Made by a program: the position numbers and the translations under genes
From: Camelus ferus
Taxonomy: Eukaryota
Assembly (NCBI RefSeq): GCF_009834535.1
Contig: NC_045698.1
Span: 2,606,001 to 2,670,000 of the forward strand
Direction: 5' to 3'
Length of the DNA: 64,000 nt
The notes under the pieces: model-generated
The model's input: only the letters and a program-made list of their open reading frames with translations
What the model was told of the DNA's origin: nothing
Databases searched by the model: none
Shown here: positions 1 to 12,280 of the stretch, piece by piece
How the letters are laid out: each line of letters starts with the position of its first letter
Numbering within the stretch: the first letter of the stretch is position 1

Positions 1-1440
1 AACCAGAACTTTTAAAAAATGAAGAACATAATTGGAAGACTTACACTATTTAATTTCATGACTGAGTATAAAATACTACAATCAAGTACAACCGGTATAT
101 GAATAGATGCTTGGGTTAATGAAAGAGAAAAGACAGGCCAGAAATTAACACGCACACGTATGGTCAAACGCATCAAAGTATTTCAATGAGACAAGAATCT
201 TTTCATTAAACAATGCTGGAGAAACTCTGTATTCCATTCACACACATGCACACACTAAACATCAATTCTTACCTAACACATCCGTATAATCTTTCCACAA
301 AATATAGATTCACATGCATAATCTAAATCAGTAAGTTTTCTGGTAGAAAACACAGGAAAACTGGATAAATATACATTTAAAATAAAACTCTGTCACACTG
401 ATCTTATACCTTACACAAAACAATAATTTGATATGGGTCATAAACCTGAACATAATCTAAAACTATAAAGCTTTTAGATTAAATATATATGATAATATTT
501 TCACAACCTTGAGGTAGGCAAATATTTCTTAGAAAACAAAATAACTAACCATGAAAGAAAAGTAAATTGATAAATTGAACTTCATCAGATTTAAACATTT
601 GTTTTTGTCAGAAGATACTTTTGAAGGAATTAAATATCCAGTCACAAATATAAAATACTTACAATTCATATACTCATATTATATAATGATGTTTTATAAA
701 CCAATTGTGAAAAACAAACAACTCAATTAAATGTAGATATATGACTCGAACATTCCCTTAACAAGAAACATAGATAAAATGTCCAATAAGCTGATAAAAC
801 CATGCTCAACATCACAATTTATGAATGGACCTCTAGTGTACATTCAAGTACTTTGGCATAAGGTTTGGCAACTGCCAATAAAGTTAAACTCACAACTATC
901 CTATGATCCAACAGTTCCATCCTGCTATATTTACCCAAGAGAAATCAAAGCATGTATCACCAAAGAACTCGCTCAAGTATGTTTATTTTGGCTTTATGTA
1001 TAATAATCAAATACTGGAAATAACTCAAGTAATTACCAAGAGGAGAATGGACACAGATTTGCGATACGTACGCAACACTTACAGGTCTTAGTAATGAAAA
1101 GTTAAAGCTCTTAATACACATTTCAGTATGGATAGACCTCACAAACTTCACGCTGAGTGAAAGCAGGTGGGTATAACGGAGAACACGCCATATGTTTGCA
1201 TTCACATCGCGTTTAAGGGCACACAAAGCAAATCCACGTTGACAGAAATCAGAAACGTGGTTGTCTGTGGTGTGTGTGGAGGGCGTGAGAAAAATTCCTG
1301 AGGCCGTGGAAATGCTCTAAATCTCAACTAGGGTGTGGGTTAAATGGACCTATGTATTCATAAAAACCATCTAATTGTACACTTACAAACTCCTTATTTT
1401 ACTCTATGTAAATTTCACCCCGGTAAATAAATGAATTTAA
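1..1440 (+). mobile_element. Old L1 (L1ME/L1MD-like) ORF2 3' end plus 3' UTR, highly decayed, cut by the window start
   Basis: A-rich strand bias. L1 ORF2 motifs such as 'aattggaagacttacactat', 'gtatggtcaa' and 'ctatgatccaacagttccatcctgctatatttacccaagagaaat' (YDPTVP..IYPREIK). Typical L1M 3' UTR ending 'aataaatgaatttaa'. Confidence 0.85.
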
Positions 1441-1589
1441 TTATTTCTCCATTCTTTCTGTAATCTAGAGCTGTGTACGTATTATGTCACATCTAATTCT
1501 TGTAAGATAAAATAATTGATACATAAAAGTGTAGTTTTCTATATTTCAAACTACTTTTCTTCATGCATTTTTTTACATCATCAGCCTGT

Positions 1590-1830
1590 AGAGCTTGGTG
1601 AGAACTTAATCACCATTTTATATGTACATTTTATCAATACAAATTATTTTCTTTGTATCACTTACCTTTCTGAAGTTTGAATTCTACTTTAGCATTGATA
1701 TTGCCACTCTGTTTGCTAATATACTTAACTTATTTCTAATTCTTCTACTGTTTTTAGCTTTAGGCTTGTCACCTGTAAACAGATTTTAGTTGAGTTTTTT
1801 TTTTAATATGGTTAATTATTTTGTGTTTAT
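1590..1830 (-). mobile_element. Degraded antisense L1M fragment
   Basis: T-rich. 'gatattgccactctgtttgct...ttgtcacctgtaaacagattttagttgagtttttt' resembles antisense L1M internal sequence. Confidence 0.45.
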
Positions 1831-4800
1831 TTTCATAACTGATCGTTTTAATTATTACCTTCTCTTATGCTTTAGTTTTATTAGACACTACCTTCTTTGC
1901 TGTTTTGGCCTCTAGTGATTTCAAAGGTACAATTTCAACTATTAAATTAAAGGATGCCTACAAGCTAATTTTTTTTTTTTTTTATTACCAACATATAGAA
2001 GAGTCTCTACTGTTCCTGTAACACTTAAGATGAAAACCCCAGGGCCCCCTCTCTTGGCAACCCTACCTTCTCCCCACTCCTATTTTTTTTTAATTTTCAG
2101 TGATTTAATAGTTGACTGAATAATTTTAATCGACACATTATATTTATATTTTAATTATTCTTTTCAAGCCTTTATTTGATGTCTATGGATTATAATTTTG
2201 AATAGGCTACACTTCTGCTGTTGGACTTGTACTCTAAGCCTGTGTATCCTAACTTCTGGATTTTAAAATGATTAAATTAATAATACAGACGCTCTCAGTC
2301 ATGCAGATTAAATATCTAGGGCACTGAATCTATTTCTTAAATTTTATTAGATTGCTTTTGAGTAGTGGTTATGCAATTCAAATTGCATGTGGATTTTATT
2401 TTAGGAGAAAAACAAATGTACTTACAGAAGTCACCTATTTCCAGAAATACACACTGATGTGTAGAAGTTCAGGCCTCACACACGCTCTGCACCAACACGA
2501 AGTCACAGGGCAAGCGGCCGCGTCCCTGTTGTGTCGCGTCTCCCCGACGGCGCGCGCACCCGACACACCGCAGACACACGTCGCCGTGCGCGTGGCGCCC
2601 TGCACTGCTGGGGGCAGCGTCCTCACCAACAGGTGGACGTAAGAAGACATTAAATAGGACACCCCTTTGGGAGAAGGGAGGTGGAATTTTACTAACAAAA
2701 ATTAATAGCTTAAGAAAAATCCTCCAAATGTATGATATTTAAAAGACGACTGTTGAGGATGAACACCCTTATCTGTCCCCCTCACTTAAGCTAATAGCTT
2801 CTCAGTTACATCAAAAATATGTAACCGGAAGCTTCAATTGGGGTCTTGCTTTTTTGCTGCTGTTTCCTTTCCATGTAGCTGTGTGGTGGTTGGTTACACA
2901 GGAATATAACTGTATTGTGTTCTTTGGGTCCCTCTCTTGCTTCTAGTAGAATGGGGAGGGTGGGTTCTGATTTTCTAGAAAAGAAATGACACATAAATTA
3001 CATGTTTGCTAACAGAGCTAATACACTAAGTGTAGTCTTGTCTATGAGTAAAATAAATCACTGAGCATATATCATTAATAAAGACATATGAAACCTTTCA
3101 CATTATGTCAAATTAGTAGAATTAAGAAGCTTGAGAGAGGGAGGGCGAGCCAATAAAACTGGAATATGCTAAGTGATCATTAGAGGTGGGTGTGATAATT
3201 GAAATTTGCTTTGCAGTAATTTCATTAAAAATTCATAACTATTCTGGCCTTTCTCTTCCTCTGTTACAGTGAGACGTTTAACCCTGTCGGGGAAGGATGC
3301 TTCGGACGTGTACACATGGTTGATGACAAAGCTGAAAGCAGGAGGCAAGTGACAAATGTCAGGAAAAGGTGTGATGAGTGTCAGCCAAAATGCTTTCTTT
3401 GGATCCTGCGTTGCTGTCTTTTCCTGAGGTGTGTGTGTCCCTACCATTCAGTTTTAAGCTCCTAGAGAAGCTATATTTTCTTACTTATAATCTCATAATC
3501 CCTTATACAGTGCCTTGTGTAATATTAAATACTTGGCAATTATCCTAGACAGATTAATGCTACAAATTATCTCACCTCTTATGATGATGTATTCATTATT
3601 CATTAAATTACATGTGGGAGGAAAATAATTGTTATTACGTCTTCTCCTCTGAAAGTTGCTCTGGGAAATTTGAGGAGCAGACATGCCTTGTAGGAACACC
3701 CAGTATATATCCATTTATACAGTTCCAGGGCATATTCTTCCCCAAAGCTGCCTGATGTCAACTCGTGGTCATCATCAACTCATGAATCCATCTTTCAGAA
3801 CTTTAGGTTTTGCGTCTGAGAAGTGATTGATGCTTTGAATTCCTCAAAATCCTATACTTTGGGTTAGGGGAGAGGTCTGTCAAATTTAAACTGCATTTTG
3901 CTGAATGCATTTTCCTTTGAAAAATAAGTCCTGTGGGTTTTGAGGACAATTTGACCATGTGTTTTTAATCCATTTAAAGCCAGCTTGCTAAAATATTTAT
4001 TTGTAAGAGCTTTTAGATGTCCAAGAAGGCTTAAGAATTTGATTTACCAGTCATTTGAAGCTTTTGTCTCGAGAAAGTTTGTCTCTATTTGTTGAGACAA
4101 AACCAATTAGAATCTCTCATGACTGGGATTTCCATAAAGCTTGAACTTCGAAATGTTTTGATACATTCTAAAAATTTTAATATTCATGGTCTTTCTTACC
4201 TCAAGGCTTTAAAAGTTAGACTCTAGAGTCTTATAATCACACCATTTGCTACTAGACACCAATCTATTCAAGTCACCCAAAACACGTACCCTAATGACAC
4301 TGATGTATTAAAGGAATAACAGTATAAGTACAAATCATGGGAAGTGGAGCTGCATCCATTTGTACCTTTCTTATGTGGGATCTGAAATGTGAAATTCTAG
4401 CATTCGACAGGTTGATGCCGCTTATGAAATAACACTTCATAACCCCGGTTACCCTGTTTAGCAAAGACTAAGCAATGATTTATTCGACCCAAATTTGGAT
4501 TCTACTAATTCCACTTTCAGCTTCATATGTATTTGCACAAAGGATTTCTAGAACAGTTGATATCTAAGGGGCATATGGATAAAAGTTGAAGAATTATATT
4601 AAATTTTGTCACTGATTTTACTTCCTAAACATCAGTGTATAAACAAACCATCTTAGAAAATTTCAATAAGTTGGACCAAAAATATCCAGTACTCCCCAAG
4701 CAAAAAATTAATACAGAGTCCTTATGATATTTATTTAGGTTATTTTTTTTTAATCTCTACAAATTGGGAGAAAATGTGCAGAATCCTGTTGGGAAAGAAT

Positions 4801-5329
4801 CATTCTAAGGCTAACCTCCTTCAGGAGCACCATGTAATGAGCTGGAAGAAAATCAAATTACTCTTCAGCAACCATAGTTAATGTAATTTTCTCAGGTCCT
4901 TAAAAAAATGCCTTTAAGGCCAAGTATGGACTTGGCCGACTATCTTGCAATCATCTGCTGGTCTTTCAATGCTCCACCTTCATGGAAAACAGAAGCATTG
5001 ACCTATGCTTTTCTTCAGCCTTTATTCTCCCTCAGCTTTCATTGACCTCCTTGTTCTCAGAACCCTTATATTCACGCCTCTACTCATCCAACCACGGAGG
5101 GCGTTCTGACCACAGGTACCACTTGCGTGGAGCACACACCACACTCCAAATTCCTCTTGGTGTGTACAGTGTGTTTAGCATAGTTAGTGACAAGAACGCT
5201 GTTCTGTCTACACTCTTGGCAGTGGCCGGGTCAGGCCATTGAGCTCGGATCCGCATTTCAGAGCATCCTCAGGGACGTTATGTCATCGTCTCCTTCCATC
5301 TTGCTCAGCGACAGTTCAAATATTCATGG

Positions 5330-5793
5330 CGTTGTTTCCTGATTAAGAAAATGGAGACCACCAGGGTGGAGACGTTTGCCCACCCCTGTTTCCTCCCCAC
5401 TGCTGACCTACATCTGCACCAGCCTTGCCTTCCTTCCGTCAGCTTTTACCCTAGTGATCATTCCTCTGCCTGGAAACCATCCCACCTCCAGTCCTCACTC
5501 TTCACTGTGTAACCTCTTCAGGGGGAACATTTTATTACCCGTGTCCACGTGCTCCCAGGTCGGCCTCGCCTGCATGTCTCTGTCATAAGGCTGGCATGTT
5601 GTCCCAACATTCCCAGGGTATAGATCTCTCCTCAGTGAGTACCCTCTCAAGAAGACCATGAGCTCCTGACTAAGGAGGGTTATTTCTCACTCAGCTATGT
5701 ATCCCCTCAGTGCCAAGCAAGGATGGCCCCGATGCTTATATCATCATGTGATCTGAGGACAGAAACTTGGTGTTCAGTGACTGAATGAATGAA
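5330..5793 (+). mobile_element. L2 fragments including 3' tail
   Basis: 'gaccatgagctcctga...tgtatcccctcagtgccaagca...gactgaatgaatgaa' matches the L2 3' end, with the (TGAA)n tail. Confidence 0.6.
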
Positions 5794-6009
5794 GGGTGGA
5801 TTGTCCTGAGGTCAAGGGCAGATTGGTGCCCTTACAGTGGGCCATTTCACCTCAAGAGGCTTGAGCATCAGAACAGATTGCTGAACACTAATGACTGCGT
5901 CTCCAGAGTTAAAGATGCCATTTTTTAAAAACACAGTGTGTTTATTTATTTACAGCTTACACCTGCTCCCTAATTACTTTTCTCCAGGTCACGTTTCTGC
6001 ATGTGGGAC

Positions 6010-6480
6010 TGCTAACTCTGATGACCTCCTGTGTACGACTTCAACAGAGGTCCTCCTCAGCTCGCGACATGTTTTTCTTCTTTCTAGAGCTTCTTTCTGG
6101 ACCATCTGATCTAACCTCTTGATCAGTGCTCTGCAGTTACCTCAACTTCACACCCTTAGCTTCAGATTCTTCCCTGATTGTCTACCTGCTAAATGCCTCT
6201 AACTGGATGGACAGAAAACCTCTAGCTCTCAATCCATCTAAAACACAGCATACGATCTTCTTTGTGAAACCATGCCACTCTTCCCAGTTTCCTGTCTTGG
6301 TTAATGATGTCTGACCTTTGAAGATGACTTACTCTGCTTCTTTCTTAGATTCTACAGAAGATCCTGTGCTTTAGAAGACACAGCCCCAGCCCTCCTCCTG
6401 CTCTGGTAATTCAGGCCTGGGCGTACCCACACTTCCAGGACCTGCACTCTGCCCTCTTGCTGTTCTGGCAACCTGGGAAT
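6010..6480 (+). mobile_element. L2 internal fragment
   Basis: 'ctacctgctaaatgcctctaactggatg...ctcaatccatctaaaacacagcatacgatctt...ttcccagtttcctgtcttggttaatga' resembles the conserved L2 block. Confidence 0.65.
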
Positions 6481-7359
6481 TCTTGTGTCTTGCCCCCACC
6501 CCCCAGCACCTGCCAGTTCTTTATACCTTCTTCCCTTTCTGCCTCAAGCTCATCCTCATCTTCTCGTGGCATAATTTTCCTTCAATATTCAGATCAAAGG
6601 CTCTATCATCCGAAAAATCTTGGACAGCTTCGCTGCACACAAACGTATCCTATCCCTGCTGTGAGAAGACATCTGGCCGTTCCTTTCTAATTAATTTCAC
6701 AATCGGCGGAGATGCTCTTCTGTCCTGGTTGGCACAGATATGGGACTTTCAGCACCTAACCCTGGAGAAGCTCCGGGAAAACTAGGGAGGCTGGTCACTC
6801 TGTGACTGAGCTAATCCTTTTGCCCATAAAATGCTGAGATATTGGACAGATTTTGTTTTCATTGAAATTACTACTATTGGACACCAAATTAATGTCATAG
6901 AGTGGAATGATTGCTTTAATCTACTGCCAATATCTTGCAAACAGAACTATGCCATTTATAGCATTTAATGCTATTTTAGTGTTTTATGACAGCCCTGCAA
7001 GTGATGTTCAAAAGACTTGATATGCCTTGAGAATATTCTATGTGGTTTTCCGTTTTTCGATCAGTTTTGCTAATACTTACTGATCCCACAAGGATTCCAG
7101 AGTTCCCTTGTCCCTCTGACCAAAGAAGCACAGAATTTAGACTCCCTGACAGTCAGCAGTTCATCAGGATTTTCTCACAACCGTTTGGACCCTCACTAAA
7201 TCATTTCTGTAGAAGTAGTTTAATTTTGTGAAAAAGTTCTAGCTCATGTCTAACAGAAGTGAACACACACAAAGCTGTGTGTGGCTATTGTCTCCGCCAT
7301 AAAGTGACCCCAAAGGTAGCCCTCGTGAGGATGGGATGGAGAAGACGCATGAGGAGCTG

Positions 7360-7590
7360 GGGAGCCTGGTGGTTAAGGACACAGGTGTGGTTCCTGGAGA
7401 CTTGGACTTGAGTCCTCGGGACCTGAGTCAGCGCCAAAACGCCTCTAAGTGGGTTAAGTCACAGACAACTGTGAGCCGTGCTGTCTGTCCTATGAAGGGG
7501 GCTGTGAGGGTTAGAGTAAGTAACTACGCGGGGTACCTGGCAGGACCCCTGCCCTGGGGGTGCTCAGCAAGTGGTGGCTGTTACTAGTAA
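7360..7590 (+). mobile_element. MIR SINE, near full length
   Basis: Head 'agcctggtggttaaggacacagg', then 'gctgtgagggttagag', tail 'tgctcagcaagtggtggctgttact'. Confidence 0.7.
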
Positions 7591-7597
7591 CAGCCTT

Positions 7598-7619
7598 GTC
7601 ACCTGTCACCTGTCACCTG
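7598..7619. repeat. Short tandem repeat, about 3 copies of TGTCACC
   Basis: 'tgtcacctgtcacctgtcacctg' read directly. Confidence 0.8.
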
Positions 7620-7804
7620 ATTTTCCTTAGACCTGGGGGATGTAAGGTCCTCGAAGGAAGTATGTGAATGTCTCTAGTACACATACATATTTGGATCACT
7701 TTTTGGTTTGGACAGTTTCGCCTTACAGCTGAACTTTTCACATTTGTGTCTGTTGAGAGCACCATAACTCCCTCAACAAAACATAGTTTATCCGTACGTG
7801 ACAT

Positions 7805-8595
7805 CCACTAAGAACACCGAGAGGCTGTGGAGGAAAAGGAGCCTCCTACACTGCTGGTGGGAGTATAGTTTGGTGCAGCCACTGTGGAAAACAGCATGGA
7901 GGTTCCTGAAAAAACTAAAAATAGACTTACCATGCGATCCAGCAATCCCACTCCTGGGCGTATATCTGGAGAAAGATGTAATTTGAAAAGACACATGCAC
8001 CCCAATATTCATAGTGGCACTATTTATAATAGCCAAGATATGGAAACAACATAAATGTCCATTAACAGATGGCTGGATAAACAAGATAAACACTACTCGG
8101 CTATGTATACATATGGCATATATGTAAACTATATATGTATAACTCAGCCATAAAAAATGTTGTAAAGCCATTTGCAGCAACATAGATGGACCTAGAGTTT
8201 ATCATATTAAGTGAAGTAAGTCAAAGAAAGACAAATATCATATGACATCACTTATATGTGGAATCTAAAAAAAATGATACCAATGCTGTTTACAAACCAA
8301 AAACAGACTCCTGGACATAGAAAACAAACTATGGTTACCAAAGGGGAAAGGGCAGAGAGGGCTAAATTAAGGGTTGGGGATTAACAGATACATGTTACTA
8401 TATACAAAATAGGTAAATGACAAGGACATACTGTATAGCACAGGGAACTCTATTAAATTTCTTGTAACAACATAAAATGAAAAAGAATCTGAAAAGAAAA
8501 AAAAAAGTATCTATATGTAGAACTGAATCACTTTGCTGTACATCTGAAACTAACATTGTAAATCAACTACACTTCAATAAGAAATTTTAAAAAAA
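7805..8595 (+). mobile_element. 5'-truncated cetartiodactyl-type L1 (ORF2 C-terminus plus 3' UTR)
   Basis: ORF 7798..7986 translates to [41 protein letters not shown] (L1 ORF2 C-terminus). 3' end is 'actgaatcactttgctgtacatctgaaactaacattgtaaatcaactacacttcaataa' plus an A tail. Confidence 0.95.
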
Positions 8596-8699
8596 GAACT
8601 CTAGATTTATAAGCATTGTACAATCATTTTCAAATTATGCCTCTCTTAGTTTTTAATCTATGCTGTACAAATACATAGATTGAATTATATTTTTAAAAG

Positions 8700-8775
8700 T
8701 TATTTTAAAATGTGTAATAAAAATTGTATCTATTTAAGAAGTACAACGTAGTGATCTGTCATATACATACGCAGC
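8700..8775 (-). mobile_element. Short L1MA-like 3' end fragment
   Basis: 'aaaaattgtatctatttaagaagtacaacgtagtgat...tatacatac' resembles an antisense L1MA terminus. Confidence 0.45.
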
Positions 8776-10849
8776 AGACACAGATTTTAGGCAATCCTAT
8801 TCTGGTTAATACGTAGCCTCATGGCAGTCCAGCAGGTCCTCCTCTGCCGGTAAACGCCGTGTTCTGTACACATGAAGTTGTGCACGATTGGGGTTGCTTT
8901 TATAAGTCAGGGTTTAAGGACTGAGAGGGTTCTAATCTTGACCTTGTTCTATGGGTGTCAGCTGACTAAGTGGACGACCAAGCGGGCCTTTGGAGCTTCA
9001 CCTTAGGAAAAGCCCCAGAAGAAAGACTGAGCCGCGTGAGTCTCCCCAGGGCCACTCCGACTTGCACCCGGCGCCAGGAGCGCTGGACCGTTGACACACG
9101 TTCAGCCGTCAGTCCTCCCCTTGGGTGGCACTTGGCCCCTGTTTTCTTTGATGTTGCTCTTCAGATTCGTTTTCATGTTTCCTTTTTCTTAAGTTATTTG
9201 GCTCTTTTTTAACAGCTTGCTGTCTGAGGTGCGTCCTGTTCCTGCAAAGGGAGAATGTGGCCTTTGAGTCATCGGTTGGGAAAGCTGCTCTCCGGTCTCG
9301 CTCACTGACAGCCAGCACAGATGTGGGCTTCGTGCACCCAGAGGAGACAAGCCACCTTGTTGCCGCAGGTGAAGAAAGACCCCGTTTCTGAATAATTGCA
9401 TCTCACAGCCCTAAGCAGGTTCCCGGGGACGTGCGGCACGAGAAAGACTGTCCATGCTAGTCTCTGATGGGCCGGCTGGGCGCGAGGTGGTGCTTTCTGT
9501 GCCTGTGGCTCTGGGGGAGGGGAAGAGAGCGACAGGAGGAGAGGGAGGGCGGAGGAGGAGAGAGGAATTGCAGAAATAAAAATGAGACCTCTTGGCAAAG
9601 TAGAATAGTTTACGTATAGTCTAGAGCTGTTAATAATCTTCTAAAGTCAGGTATTTCAAGAATGTTAATTATGTGCAATTAAATTAAAAGGAAACACATA
9701 TTCAAATATTCATTTTGATGTAAGCGTTGGTTTAAAACCGGGACACGGGGGAAGATGGCGAGGACACACAACTCACCTTGGAGGCAGCTCTCACAAGGCA
9801 GGTAACAGGTGTGAGCACACCTTCAGGGTGGGAGACCAGATGGCGTAACTGAGAGGACTCAGGAGGGGAATTTGGGGAAGAACTAATGGTTGCTCAGGTG
9901 GGTGGCCTTGAAAGTTGCGTTTACATGGCTGAACAACGATGAAAAAATTGCCCCTTCGGTCAGTGGAGATCCGGCCCCCTTGGGCCTCGGACGCTTCACG
10001 TCGAGAGATGCCCTTGCACTCCTGGCTCTTTCTGTAAAGGCTGTGTTCCAGGCTGTATGTAGGACACATTGTGCTCCCAGGGGGAGGAAAGGTCAAGGCC
10101 GTTTAGAGTGTCTGGTTCCCAAGGGGCTGTTGGCAGTGGCGTCCAAGTGTATGACGTAGCTTGAGCTGCTGACATCGTAACTAGTCTGGTCGGGGAGTCC
10201 TATGTCCCCATTACTTTAAGACACATGAAGCCATGTATCCACACATCCAAAGTCGTTTTGAGGACGCACTCTGCCCTCTTCACACAGCATGTAGGCTACT
10301 GAATAGTAGCCTTCTTGCTCTGGGGGAGCTTAGATAGATGCGGATACTGGGGACACAAATGTGAGGCGGCAAAGGACACAGCATCGCCTGATTCAGAACA
10401 CGTGCTTCTGCCCTGCTGAGCATTTCAGTCCCCTCCCCTCCACCTTCTCTCTCTCTGTCCCTCCCTGGTGGGAGTGCCCCGGGCTCTGCAGGGCGCCAGC
10501 GGGCGGGGAAAGCGTGCCCTGGGGTGGCAGTGCTTCTGGGAGCTTTGTCCCTGACTCACAGGTCTGAGGGCCCCCACGGAGGCCCCGGGCAGGACTCTCA
10601 GCCTTACTGGTGCTTCTGCCCCCACCCTCTCCACCTCGGCTTTTTTTTTTTTTTTTTTCCTTTGTCTTAGTGGTGACATAGTGTAATTTTGTTTTCCCTT
10701 CCAAGGGTCCCATGAAAAGCAAGTGGCAGGTCACACCTGAAAACAGTTAGGGGCAGATTTGGGGAGAATCCAAGTGGACAGAGAATCTGGGCTGATCCAC
10801 GGGCATCGTGACCTTCACATGGAAGCATCTGAGCTGCAGACGGTGACCT

Positions 10850-10950
10850 CCTAAGGCTATTCTGTGCATTAATTCAGATCAGATAATTTAAGACCTCGGT
10901 ACAGTGCCTGGCACAAAATAAATGCTCAGTAATCGCTAACTGGTAGTACT
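10850..10950 (+). mobile_element. MIR 3' tail
   Basis: 'acagtgcctggcacaaaataaatgctcagtaatcgcta'. Confidence 0.65.
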
Positions 10951-11299
10951 GTCTTTATTTAGCCTGTGTGATTTCCTTATCTCCAAACACACTAAAATTA
11001 TTGCCGTTGACACAGCTGCTGGGTAAGGGAATCAACCACGATCATATTTGAAAAACAGAAAAAAAAGATTTCAACACACAATTGCTTTTCTTAAGTTTAT
11101 CCCGAAGTTGCTTTTCCACGCTAAAAGTCCCCTTAGGACGTTTAAAAAAAATGTTCCCTTACTTTTAAAAATGATAAGTTTTCACTGTGGGAAATACTTT
11201 CAAACCTGGTTCTTACTTTTTTTCCTACTGAAAAACCTACTGATTGTCTCTAGTTAGGCCTGGTTATGGGAATTTCTTGAAAAATATTTTAATCGTCAC

Positions 11300-12280
11300 T
11301 ATTTCAACCCTACCATGCTGACGCTACTAGTCCCTTTTTTGTATATTTATATTTTTTCAAATTTTATATTAAAATAATGCTACAATAAAATCATTGAATA
11401 GAAACCTTTTCTCAATTATATCCATTGAACATATTTCTGGAAATGAAATTACTACTTTCACTTGTAAATCTATACATTTTTTACACGTATAAATTTCTGG
11501 ATTCATTGCTAAGTTGATGTTAAGAAATGTGCCGACTGTTACTCACCCTGACGGTCTCTAAAGAGGCAGCGTGGCCACGCCTCTCCAGTACTGAGTCTTG
11601 CAGCGCTCATGCCTAATTCATTTGACGTGTTGGCATTTTCTTTTTGTTTTGACTTATTTTATTACTAGCAATATTAAACTACTTTTATGGTTGTCGCCAT
11701 TTCTCACACTCTTCTGCGAAATGCATTTTCGTTTCATTTTCTCCATTTTATGTTGGGAGCTGTAGTGATGGTCTTACAGGTACTCAGTAGCTCTTGTGTG
11801 TTAAGGGTGCTTCTACTGTCGTGTTTGTTACAGAGACGTCTTCATAGTTCCTTCCTGTTAATTGTATTGTAGCTCCGTGCAACAATAAAATCAAATGTAG
11901 TCTCCTTTTTCTGAGACATGTTACTGTTTTTTTCCATAGAAACTGCTTCCTCATCAAGAGATCAGATGATTGCTTGACGTGATGTTCATTTAGCTTTTGT
12001 GATTTAGTTTTTACAGATTTCTCTGTAATTTAATTAAAATTTACTTGGGTTTTAATAAGAGGCAAAGATGTGTTTTATTTAAGCATTTAAAAACCCACAA
12101 GTAACTCCTATTGTTTCCTCACTCCATTGGAAGGATCAGCCTGGCGCTTCTGCGGTTACAGCCGCCTCGGCCTTTCGTGCTGAGTTCTGGTCAGCTGATT
12201 CCAAACTGGACTTTGTAGGTGTGTTGCTCACTGTAGGCCTCAGTGGTCATTTGAAAATCAACACGTTGGACTGTTTCCTG
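11300..12280 (-). mobile_element. Old L1ME-like fragment, antisense
   Basis: T-rich. 'aataatgctacaataaaatcattg', 'atttctggaaatgaaattact' and 'ttctgcgaaatgc...ttttctccatttt' occur in antisense L1 ORF2 3' order. Confidence 0.65.

Noticed and set aside
7788..8183. ORFs over L1 fragments (also 23391-23939 and 54107-54566)
   Set aside because: These are decayed L1 ORF2 or antisense/UTR translations, not host genes.
9746..9780. GGGGGAAGATGGCG: YY1 motif resembling an L1 5' start
   Set aside because: The similarity is short and no L1 5' UTR or ORF1 follows.
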